In this document: piece after piece, positions 1-9,029 of the stretch
Position numbering within the stretch: position 1 is the stretch's first letter
Layout of the letters: the number at the start of each line of letters is the position of its first letter
Assembly (NCBI GenBank): GCA_051294375.1
Contig: JBJCIZ010000512.1
Coordinates: forward strand, 1-15,349
DNA from: Paraspadella gotoi
Lineage: Eukaryota; Animalia; Chaetognatha
Direction: 5' to 3'
Length of the DNA: 15,349 nucleotides
The notes under the pieces: generated by a model
The model's database searches: none
Told to the model about the DNA's origin: nothing
Seen by the model: only the letters and a program-made list of their open reading frames with translations
Translations under genes and position numbers: made by a program

Positions 1-79
1 AAGAGCAGAGATTCTCACAAAGAGAGAAACTCGAATTTCCAAGGGGCCAATGACTCGACACGTCACCTCGACACAGCTG

Positions 80-155
80 CCTCTCTCTCTCTCTTCTCCT
101 CTCTCTCTTCGTCTCTCTCTTCTCTCTCTCTCCTCTTCTCATCTCTCTCTCTCTC
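80..155. repeat. Imperfect (CT)n microsatellite
   Basis: Interrupted CT dinucleotide run read directly from the sequence. Confidence 0.95.
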
Positions 156-321
156 GTATACTTTTAACGAAATTAGAGACTTTTTTTAAATTAACGTCTT
201 TGGACCGTCGCGACTCGCGTGAGTGACGCAAGGGCCGAGGGGGGTGGAAGGAAGGGGGGATTAGGGGTGCTGAAGGGGCGGGGTCGGTATGGAAATATTG
301 GGGTGCTGGATGGTGGAGAAG

Positions 322-372
322 TGAATGAAATGAATGAATTGAATGAAATGAATGAATGAATGATGAAATGAA
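322..372. repeat. Imperfect (TGAA)n tetranucleotide microsatellite
   Basis: TGAATGAAATGAATGAATTGAATG...; same repeat family as the (TCAT)n tract at 3352-3505, on the opposite strand. Confidence 0.9.
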
Positions 373-1731
373 CTGCAATGCTTCAGTGTTGGAAACATGA
401 ATAATTAATGATTAAATGATTGAATCAATAACTCTATGAATTTACCATAACTGAATCAATAAAACACGAAACCGAAAATAAATGAATGTAATAAAATGTT
501 TCCCATATATTTCTAAAATCCGTCTCACAAGTTTTCTTTTTCTTTATCAATCTTTTTCTTGACCACTCTGCGTAGTTCCTTCTTCCTTCTTCCTGCCTTT
601 TTCGTCCTTTTTATTTTTTCTTTTTCTCTTCGTCATAATTTTCTTTCTTTGACTTTTTTTTACTCGTTCTGGTTTTTGCTCTGAAGAAAAAAAGTTTTCG
701 TCTCCGGGCGAACTCTTTCCGACGCGACCGTTCCAGAGGCGCTTCGGTCGTGAGAGGTGTGAGAGTTTTTGTCGTTTTCCTGAAGTCGAAGAGTTTTTAT
801 GTGTCTTTGACCATCCATGTTCACTATAATGCGTTTTCAGTGACTTTAAAACCCCAACGCATAGAGATTTTGTAAAGATAACACATAGGATATTTTGATT
901 CCATGAGACAGATCATCTTCAGGGCAGTCCCATGTGTGATCTTTACCTACAATTCTTAATTCAGTACATGTGATGATATTTATCGCCCATCCGCGACGCT
1001 GTCTGCCGCCATGCGACTCTCGCTCGGCGTCATTTTCCCGCGACACAACGAGGCGCCACTTGTCGCGCGTTGCGGCGCTTTTCCGTTTCGAATCTGAGCG
1101 CCATCGAATTTATGTTTTTGGACGCCGCTGTGACGTCGCGTGGGCGTCGACGTCGAGGACGGAAGAGGGCCTTCCCGACTTTTGCCAATTCTTTTTTTCG
1201 CTTAAATTTTCAACATAGAAAAAATATTTTTGAGCATTGACAGATTGCTTTGTATTTCGGGAAAACAATATGGAATTGTTTTTCATCCAGTATACCCCTC
1301 TTTAGTGGTAACATTTTAACTTTTTTAAAAAAGATATTTGTTTAAATATTAAGTAAGACCTTCGGCTGAATTGTAGCACTCGTTGGCAATATTTGTTTAA
1401 TAACCCACTATGGCAACAGCTTGTGATTCCCATTGGGATGGGGAATCTCACTGTTGGCTTGGGGGCTGTGTGAATAATACAGCCACACACGCTATATATT
1501 TAAATATTTATTATTATACAATATAATTTTGTACTGGCCCCTACAAAAATGAGGGTAAAAGTGAAAGGGATCCGTGGCGCGAGATGGAAAACGAGAAAGT
1601 TGACAGCCTTTTTGTTAGAAACGCTTTTTGCAGAGACAGAAGAATGAAAAAAAAAAGAAAAGAAAAAAACGAGAGACGAAAATCGGCGTCTCGAGAAAAG
1701 ACGTTTTTGAAGATTAAACTGAGAGAAAAAG

Positions 1732-1761
1732 CTCTATCTCTCTCTCTCTCTCTCTGCTCGT

Positions 1762-1809
<48 letters not shown>

Positions 1810-1826
1810 TGTCTCTTTCTCTCTTC
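1732..1826. repeat. Imperfect (CT)n microsatellite
   Basis: Interrupted CT run. Confidence 0.95.
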
Positions 1827-1861
1827 TTTTCCACTGGGATTTCCGGCATACTAAAAATAAT

Positions 1862-1899
<38 letters not shown>

Positions 1900-1946
1900 A
1901 AGAGGAGAGAGAGAGAGAGAGAGAGAAGAGAGAGACGAGAGAGAGA
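1862..1946. repeat. Imperfect (GA)n microsatellite
   Basis: Interrupted GA run, complementary to the CT run about 35 nt upstream. Confidence 0.95.
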
Positions 1947-2909
1947 AAGGATTCGGAACTCGTCGAAAGAGTGAGGGGGGGTTTCGGAATCCAACTGAGA
2001 AAAGTAACTAGACTTTAATAATGGAATTTGCTTTTTTAAAAAAGGAACGGATGCAAAAAGGCTTTTCTCCCCGAGGGACAGAGCTGTCCCTCAGTGCCCA
2101 ATGGAACAAAATGGTCGAAGGAAGTGAAAAGAGGGGTTTTATGCTTCCAAAAAGTCCAAAATAAGATACACATCTTCGGACATAAGTATAAATTTAACTT
2201 GAACATCTAAATTCTTTTCATGCGAACCTTGTTGACTTACACTCGACTGCACCTATGAATCAACTAAGGCCATGCGAGACCGAGACCGTCTCTACATCCC
2301 AGCACCCCAGGCAGCCAGTTTCTCGCATTCTTCCCTCCGTCTCGCGCGATGGCGTCACAAACACGGGCGTGGCGTCCACTTTGCGCCGTTCTGACGTCGG
2401 CTGTCAAAGCCTCGTCAGGCGGCGTTCAGGCGGTCGTCAGGCGGCGCTCTCTTGTTGCGGGTCGCCGTCTCTGCCGTTTTCGCTGTTCGCCGTTGCTGCA
2501 ATGCGGTCGTTGCAAACCGGCAGGTTTTCAACGCGGAAATGTGCAGCAGCGGTATTCTTGTTTTGTGAAAACGGAATAAAAAAGTGAAAATATTGAAAAC
2601 TTTTAGTTTTATAATTCAAAAAAAACATTTAAAATCACGGACAAAGAAAAAAAAAGCAGCTCAGTTTCTATTTGGTTTTAATCAAATGCATTAAATTTTC
2701 TCCTTTCATCCATTCAACCCGCTACCAAATTCCATCCACACCTTCCCCCCCTAACTGCCCCCCAAACTTTCCCCCAAGTTTCCGCCATAGCTTTTCAATT
2801 AAGACTTTTGAATGAAGACTTAGGAATCGTCCTAACTTGGTTTCATTTGCAAATCTCTATAATCCAGGCTTCAGTCGCCGCCATGCCGCCATTGCCGGTT
2901 CTCCCCCAC

Positions 2910-2950
2910 CTCTCTCTCTCTCTTCTCTCTCTGTCTCTCCTCACGTTCTC

Positions 2951-3000
<50 letters not shown>

Positions 3001-3190
3001 CCTCCTCCATTCGCTCCCTTTTCCTCGTGGCAAAATTCCATCTTCATGGCTTAAGGCGCTAGTCTCTCTCTCTCTTCGATTCCCGTTTCATTTCTCCGAC
3101 TGTAAGTCCTCTTCTCTCTCTCTCTCTCTCTCATCTCTCTCTGCTTCTTTCTCTCTCCTCTCCTCTCCTGCTCTCTCTCTCTCTCTGTCT
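2910..3190. repeat. Cluster of (CT)n microsatellites
   Basis: CT runs at about 2910-3003, 3063-3075 and 3110-3190. Confidence 0.93.
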
Positions 3191-3351
3191 GTTTGCACCT
3201 CGCACTCCACATCTCTATCTAATGCTATACTTTTTTCCTTTCCAACAAATCCTTTCAAACAACCGTTCGGCAATGTCGACTTCCAACGTTTAGTTTTCCT
3301 ATTTTTTTCCTGCATATTCGTTTTACGGTTGTTGCTCGTTCCATCGTTCGT

Positions 3352-3505
3352 ATTCATTCATTCATTCATTCATTCATTCATTCATGTCATTCATTCATTC
3401 ATTCATTCATTCAATTCATATCATTCATTCATTCATTTAATTCTTTCAATCATGTATTTATTCATTCATTCTTTATTCTTTCCCATCATTATTTCATTCA
3501 TTCAT
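3352..3505. repeat. (TCAT)n / (ATTC)n tetranucleotide microsatellite, degenerating 3'
   Basis: ATTCATTCATTC... near perfect to about 3435, degenerate to about 3505. Confidence 0.93.
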
Positions 3506-3838
3506 TATTTCGTCTCTTCGTTTCTTCGCTCGGCCTTTCCTTACGTTTTCAATTGCCCCTCATCTCATTCATTGATTCATCCTAGAATCTCCATTTTTAT
3601 TTTCATATTTTCATTTTTACCGTCCGTTTTCTTCTGCTTTTTAATTGTCTTTTTATTTCATCTTTCCCTTCCTATCGCTCCTCCTCCTTCGCTTTTTTAT
3701 TGCTCCTGCCTATTTTTTTTCGCTTTGGGTTTTCTTTTTCTTTCCTCTTTTCATTCGATTTTATTTTCATCGCTCCCAGTTCGCATTCTTTCCCGCCTCA
3801 AAAGCTTAGAAATGGGTTTAGTTTGATAGAGGAAATAA

Positions 3839-3839
<1 letters not shown>

Positions 3840-3911
<72 letters not shown>
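3840..3911. repeat. (GA)n microsatellite
   Basis: Nearly pure GA run with one GG interruption. Confidence 0.97.
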
Positions 3912-3914
<3 letters not shown>

Positions 3915-4632
3915 CCGTGGATTTCAAAAGAAAGATAAAAAAATAGTTTTTTTTTTAAAGGTGGAAGAAAAAAATGCGAATTTATTCAGCTCTCGTCTTA
4001 TTCTCTCTCCTGGTTCTTTTCCTTTTCTTTTTACTTTTCTTTTTCTTATCCATGTTTTTTCTCTCTCTCTTTCTCTCCCCGCCCCCCTTTCCTCTTTCTC
4101 CAACTTTCCAGTTTCCAGTGTCCTTTAAGGCTCATTTGCATTTTTAAAAAATCTAATTGAAATTTCGGAAGTGCGAGCGACTGCTACTAGGAAGCATCGG
4201 GACGTCTTTTTGATGAGCGCTTTCGCGAAACGGCGGGAAGAACGAATCGAGGAAAAACCAAAAAAGAGAAAAACGCGGATGAGAATAAGCAAAAGAATCA
4301 AATGAATTTAAAAGTAATTTAATTTTAAATCATCATAAATATGCTTAAGAAAGAGAGTAAACAAATTAAATGTAAAAATGTCAGCAACAAATAAAACTAA
4401 AATCATAAAACGAACTGAAAGCAATCCTGGAAAAAAGTCCATCTGCAGACGTAGCGAAAGATTATTGCAGATCAAAATGGAATCCTGCAATTTGAGCAAA
4501 AGAAGTGAAACCATGCGCGAAGTTTTTTGAAATGGTAGCTATAAAGAAAGAGCCCAATATATGTTTTGAGTGAACTTCAGAAACGAAGTTAAAAATATAA
4601 GACTTCACAAAGGCGCTGGAAGAGAGTGGATG

Positions 4633-4634
<2 letters not shown>

Positions 4635-4671
<37 letters not shown>

Positions 4672-4740
4672 TCTCCATCATCTCTCTCTCTCCAATGTCT
4701 CTCTCCTCTCTCTCTTCTCTCTCTCTCTCTCTCTCTCTCC
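4635..4740. repeat. Imperfect (CT)n microsatellite
   Basis: Interrupted CT runs. Confidence 0.93.
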
Positions 4741-4939
4741 TTCATCATAGCCAATCGAATGAGTTATATCTCGAATCATATTTTGGGCGCGAAAGAATCC
4801 GTAACCTTATCTTTTGGGGCCGAAGTCGGCTTTTGAAATAACATCAGCGAGATTCTTCTCTACTCATGCTTCATCTGCATAACATCGGCCGAGTATGAAA
4901 TTCTCTTCACCCCTAGAGTCCTCGATCTGGCGGCACCTA

Positions 4940-5215
4940 TTCGTCGGCGTCGTACGTCTTTTTCGTAGTCCTTCGTTTCTCGTCGTTATCCGTTCGCCGT
5001 CGTCCATCACTTTAGGTCGCGGTCGTATTTTCATCGTTGTCATCTTGTCTTATAGTTTCGTTTCGTCGTTATCAGTTTCTCGTTGTCAAATTTTTGTCGT
5101 CGTCGTTTTCAATCATCGTCGTTTTCGTGTTATCAATTTGGTCGTTGTCCTTTACGTCGATATCGTCGTCGTCATCTCCATCGTTTTTTGTCATCGTCGT
5201 CATCGTCATAGTCCG
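4940..5215. repeat. Degenerate (GTC/CGT/CAT)n trinucleotide low-complexity tract
   Basis: Dense TCGTCG, GTCGTT and CATCGT units. This explains the Val/Ser/Asp-rich ORFs called here. Confidence 0.8.
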
Positions 5216-5427
5216 TGTCCAATCGTCTGCAACTTTCAAGAAATTGGATGTTGTTTCAAACAGCCACCAGCCCACCAAGGCGTCAAATCAACGAAATCGT
5301 AACAGCAACAAACAATGTCACAGCGACACACAGCTCGGAACAAAACGACAACACAGCGTCAACAAAAACAAAGTCAAACAAAGACGAAACCTTCTTCTCC
5401 CATTTTTTTTTTTTCGATCGCCCACCT

Positions 5428-5443
5428 GCGCCATCTGGTGTCA
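5428..5443 (-). promoter_or_regulatory. CTCF-like motif at the start of a GC/CpG-rich islet (5420-5645)
   Basis: The minus strand reads TGACACCAGATGGCGC, close to the bilaterian CTCF core CCASYAGRKGGCRS. Motif match only. Confidence 0.35.
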
Positions 5444-6328
5444 CGGGTCACGGTCGGCGCTCCATCGCCCTTCACTGCCGTTTCACATCTCGCCCAGACG
5501 GCGACCGTCCCTTGCCCGCTCGGCACCGCAAGCCGCGCCGCACCCGCGCCGCAGCCCCCCTTCTCTCTCCCCCCTTCTCCTCCAATCCACCTATCGCTCG
5601 AGGCGCGGCGCGGGCGCCCGGGAGTGACGGTGGCGGCGCGCGGTTGAAATTTGCCCTGGAAAGTCATGCTGAACTCGCGAATGATGAAAGTTTGTTGAGA
5701 GAGGGGGTAGATGAGGGGAGGGTGTGGATAGACATGTGATAGAAGACGGAGTGATAGCGATATACAGAAGAAGCAAAGGTGATTCCAGCGTTAGTTTAGT
5801 GAGCAATTATCAATGCGTGTAGTTTCATGTTGTGAAATTACATTTTCTCCTTGGAGGGGGGCACTCGTAACGTTTTTTTTTTTTATTCAACGGAAGGAGA
5901 TAAAAAAGTGTGCCATTCCAATAAAAGTAAGCGACAAGGTCGGAATGTCTAGTCAACAATGAGCGAAAGAATGTCATGAATTTTAATTCTTTTCATTTCG
6001 AGGCCTATCGTTTCTAACGCCCCCCTTTCATCCACAACGCACAGCTCTCGCTACCACCCCAGCCTCGTCAAACCCCTCTTCAAATCCAACACTCCTTCTC
6101 TCCAAGGCCTTGGCGGCATTGAAGCTCTCGATGGGGCGTGGCATTCCCCCGATACTAGAAGAGCCGAGGAGGGAAACGAGAATTGGTGTAAAAGGGTAAG
6201 AGTATTGTGTTTTAAGGCGGGTAAGCTTACGAACGACGCGGATTGGGGTTTCGTGAAGTCCGTCTGTTAAATATTTCCGTGTTTCACGTTTCCCAAAAAT
6301 CGTTGCTCTTTTTGCCTAAAATGTTTAC

Positions 6329-6335
6329 TATATAT
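6329..6335 (+). promoter_or_regulatory. Candidate LTR TATA box (TATATAT)
   Basis: Lies about 65 nt into the 5' LTR; the 3' LTR reads GATATAT at the equivalent site. Function is inferred from position. Confidence 0.35.
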
Positions 6336-6496
6336 CTGAGTGAAGAAACTTACCTTTGTGAGAGAAAGTAAGAATTATATTAGTAGTTCTCAAGCTTTAC
6401 GAGCGTGAAGCAGGTTTGTTTTAATGTTTCTTTACTTGATTTAATTTTGTATTAAGGTTTTTATTAATTCGTTTATATTATCTTTTTATAGTCCAG

Positions 6497-6559
6497 CGTT
6501 CCATGCGTTCTATGTCGTTCAATGCCGTTCAATGCCTTCAATGCCTTTCAATGCCGTTT
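6497..6559 (+). repeat. Short tandem array of about 10-bp units (CGTTCAATGC consensus) inside the LTR
   Basis: cgttccatg cgttctatgt cgttcaatgc cgttcaatgc cttcaatgc ctttcaatgc cgttt. Confidence 0.85.
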
Positions 6560-6801
6560 GTATCTCAATTGCCTCTACATTGGATTGATTAACAATGTAA
6601 ATTACAAGCGCTTTCACTGCAACACGATACTCGTCGCTTTATTAGTCATGTTTTTATTCGAGAACTCTACATTTTCTGGACTGCTTTCTATCCTGCATTT
6701 GGATCACTGCAATGGCACTTCGCTCGACCTTACCATCGCATTAAATGCTGGAATTCGGTTCTCATATTCAAGGGTTTGAATAATTCTATCTTAAGTTTAA
6801 A

Positions 6802-7541
6802 ATGGCTTCGCCTTTAGACGTGCGTGACGTAAGGAAAGAGATACGCGATTCTAATATTGCATCTTTAACTAAGAATTTAAAACAGATTAGGAGTGATCTT
6901 AACTCGGCTGAGAACCACAATTTTATGCAACTAATTTTACCGCGGTATATCAAAACTTTTGTATCGCTTATAGAAATCTGCTAAGTTTTCATAATTCTCG
7001 ATCCTTTACTACAGAAGCAAGTCGAATATTAACCGATCAATTGAATCATTATCACCAAGAAAAACGCTTATTACATAATACGATGCGGCGATTCAATCCT
7101 GATCGACCTTTGACCCCATTGCCTATGGGAATTGCTCGCCAAACGGAAAGGACATCGGATGCACCCGAACCTGGTGCCATGGCTATGCCACTTGAAGGCA
7201 GCACTACAGCTGCAAATATTTTTCAATCAAGTTCAACGACAATTCCTTCAACTCAAGTAAGTTCTATTGCCGTTTCTGAAGGACAGGTGCTTTGCCAAAA
7301 CACACGCCTACGGTTCCGGAATTGGTGATTAATTCCGCCTCACAAGATGACGAAGTTGTAAGTAACAACTCCGGGCTTCCACCACGACCTCTGACTTGCG
7401 TCGCAAATCCGAAGCCAAAGCTGCTGCTGCAGAAATCCGCATGAAAGCTGCTGAGGAGTCAAAACGACAGAGGGTCGAACTTTTAAAAGAAAAAATGCGT
7501 CAAGAAATGCTGACTCTTGAAAAAGAAGAGATATTAAGGTA
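6802..7541 (+). pseudogene. gag: N-terminal part of gag, split by frameshifts
   Basis: ATG at 6802 (AAAATGG context), then ORF pieces 6802-6984 and 7041-7328. An uncalled frame at about 7385-7540 reads TSDLRRKSEAKAAAAEIRMKAAEESKRQRVELLKEKMRQEMLTLEKEE, a coiled-coil-like stretch that runs into the 7542 ORF. Confidence 0.7.
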
Positions 7542-8972
7542 ATGAATGCCAAATATGAACTTGAGGCTGAGATGGCTTCTTTAAAGGTTTTAAGTGAGGA
7601 GGCTGATGCAAATAGGCGTCTGATTTCCGGTTTCACGTCCAATGAAATTGCAAATAATTTTTTAAGTTCCCAGGCCACTTCTCTTCCACTAACGCAATCT
7701 CAACCAATAGTAAGTCGGCCTCCACCCAATTTATGGCAATTTCCGGCCACTTCATTGTCTCATAATTTCCTTCCCAATGTTCCTCCGCCAATGACAAATA
7801 ATTTTATTCCACTAAATCCTAATCCTATTACAGTTTCACAGACTCGTCCCTCTCTGCTTCCGAATTTGGCGACTTCCCAGCCAAGCACTGCTTTGGGCAG
7901 TCCTTCGTCTCAAACGTCTGCCAACCCTCTCGACGCGATTGAATGCCTGGTTGGGCTTCAAAATATTTCCCATGCTCGCCCTGCCCCTGCGGATCGATGG
8001 AAGGGCGACCCCCTCACGCTCCATGAATTTTTAAACAATTTTGAGGCAGACGTTGAATCTGTAGTTGGGGTAAGTGACCGCACAAAATTGAATGAATTTT
8101 TTAAATGGGTTGATGGCCCAGCCTTAAGTGCAATTCGTTATCTCAATAAAAAGAAAGATCCCGCAGCTGCTATCATTGAGGCCAAGCAAGTTTTTAAAAG
8201 AATTTGGGGCCTTCAGAAGCGTACGTCTCAGGAACTCCTCAAAAAGATTTTGGAAAGCAACGCCATTCGTTCCAAAGATCACGCTGGTTTGTGGAATCTT
8301 GTTGCAGACTTAAGGGATGCACTTGGTCTCGCCGAAGAGGCAGNNNNNNNNNNACAGTTAACTTCATTGGAAAGTATAAGAAAAATTTTAAAATTTAAAG
8401 TCCCCTTTTTAATTGACAAATTTGCAAGTTATACATACAAATTAGAGTTTGTTCAAAATGAAGAAGTCACATTTAATCATTTAATTGAATTTCTACAAAG
8501 TCAGGCCGAGAAAATGGGTTCCAATTTTGGTCAGGCCATAATGGACAAGATCGAGATCTCCGCTGATCAGAAGTCACGCCAAGTCATTGATAAAAATATG
8601 GGTAAAAATAAACCTTTTAATTCTCGACCTTTCGCGGCCGCCGCCACTGAATCCACGGAAGAAAATAAAAGATTCTCTTGTTTGTTTTGTCAGACAAACG
8701 ATCATTCTATTTATAGATGCGAAAAATTTTTAAATGTTTCTGTTAAAGATAGATATTTTTTTGTCAAGAAATCAGGGCTATGTTTTCGATGTTTATCTCC
8801 TCACAGGATTGAAGTATGTAAATCAACAGGAAATTGTAAGAAGTGTGATAAAAATTCTCATCATACATTGCTCCATCCACTTCCCTCAGGTGAATCAAAC
8901 GGGTACAACTTTAGCGCCCTTTACCGCGAATTCTCAAGCTGCGCCATCTTCCGGCTCAATCATTCCACCTGA
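7542..8972 (+). CDS. gag: BEL/Pao Gag core: Pro/Ser-rich linker, DUF1759-like capsid region, three Cys/His zinc knuckles (fragment of the gag-pol polyprotein)
   Basis: WKGDPLTLHEFLNNFE...DRTKLNEFFKWVDGPA resembles the Pao gag F.GDP..W..F...F motif. CLFCQTNDHSIYRC, CFRCLSPHRIEVC and CKKCDKNSHHTLLH lie at 8679-8876. The last ~25 codons are probably out of frame. Confidence 0.92.
   Translation: MNAKYELEAEMASLKVLSEEADANRRLISGFTSNEIANNFLSSQATSLPLTQSQPIVSRPPPNLWQFPATSLSHNFLPNVPPPMTNNFIPLNPNPITVSQTRPSLLPNLATSQPSTALGSPSSQTSANPLDAIECLVGLQNISHARPAPADRWKGDPLTLHEFLNNFEADVESVVGVSDRTKLNEFFKWVDGPALSAIRYLNKKKDPAAAIIEAKQVFKRIWGLQKRTSQELLKKILESNAIRSKDHAGLWNLVADLRDALGLAEEAXXXXQLTSLESIRKILKFKVPFLIDKFASYTYKLEFVQNEEVTFNHLIEFLQSQAEKMGSNFGQAIMDKIEISADQKSRQVIDKNMGKNKPFNSRPFAAAATESTEENKRFSCLFCQTNDHSIYRCEKFLNVSVKDRYFFVKKSGLCFRCLSPHRIEVCKSTGNCKKCDKNSHHTLLHPLPSGESNGYNFSALYREFSSCAIFRLNHST
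8344..8353. other. Assembly gap (10 N)
   Basis: Run of N; the gag frame is formally preserved across it. Confidence 0.99.
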
Positions 8973-9029
8973 AAGTGCAACGAACGCGACGCTCAACATT
9001 AATGCAGGAGAATTGGGCCACAATTTTCT

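Larger units (their letters stand above)
6265..6568 (+). repeat. 5' LTR (region alignable to the 3' LTR; may extend to 6594)
   Basis: Starts TGTT and aligns by eye with 13480-13845 up to GTATCTCAA. TTAACA at 6589-6594 is the inverted complement of the initial TGTTAA and is an alternative end. Confidence 0.9.

Noticed and set aside
240-2780. Large inverted repeat between about 240-530 and 2560-2780 (G-rich versus C-rich blocks)
   Set aside because: The resemblance is mostly homopolymer runs and AT-rich words; I could not build a convincing colinear alignment by eye.
139-5806. Many ORFs in the left flank (for example 2837-3826, 1584-2018, 5037-5627)
   Set aside because: They are translations of microsatellite or GC-rich low-complexity DNA (SLSL, RERE, FIHS, VVV, DDD) with no recognisable domain.
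6497-6559. Short repeat arrays as CRISPR-like
   Set aside because: The units are contiguous with no unique spacers, and the context is a eukaryotic retrotransposon LTR.
6713-6729. TGGCACTTCG as a tRNA-Tyr-type PBS (TGGTCCTTCG)
   Set aside because: Only 8 of 10 positions match, similarity does not continue, and it is far from the alignable LTR end.
6522-6779. 85-aa ORF in the LTR/leader as an accessory gene
   Set aside because: It begins inside the decamer array (PFNAFNAF), shows no motif, and its start is not preserved in the 3' LTR.
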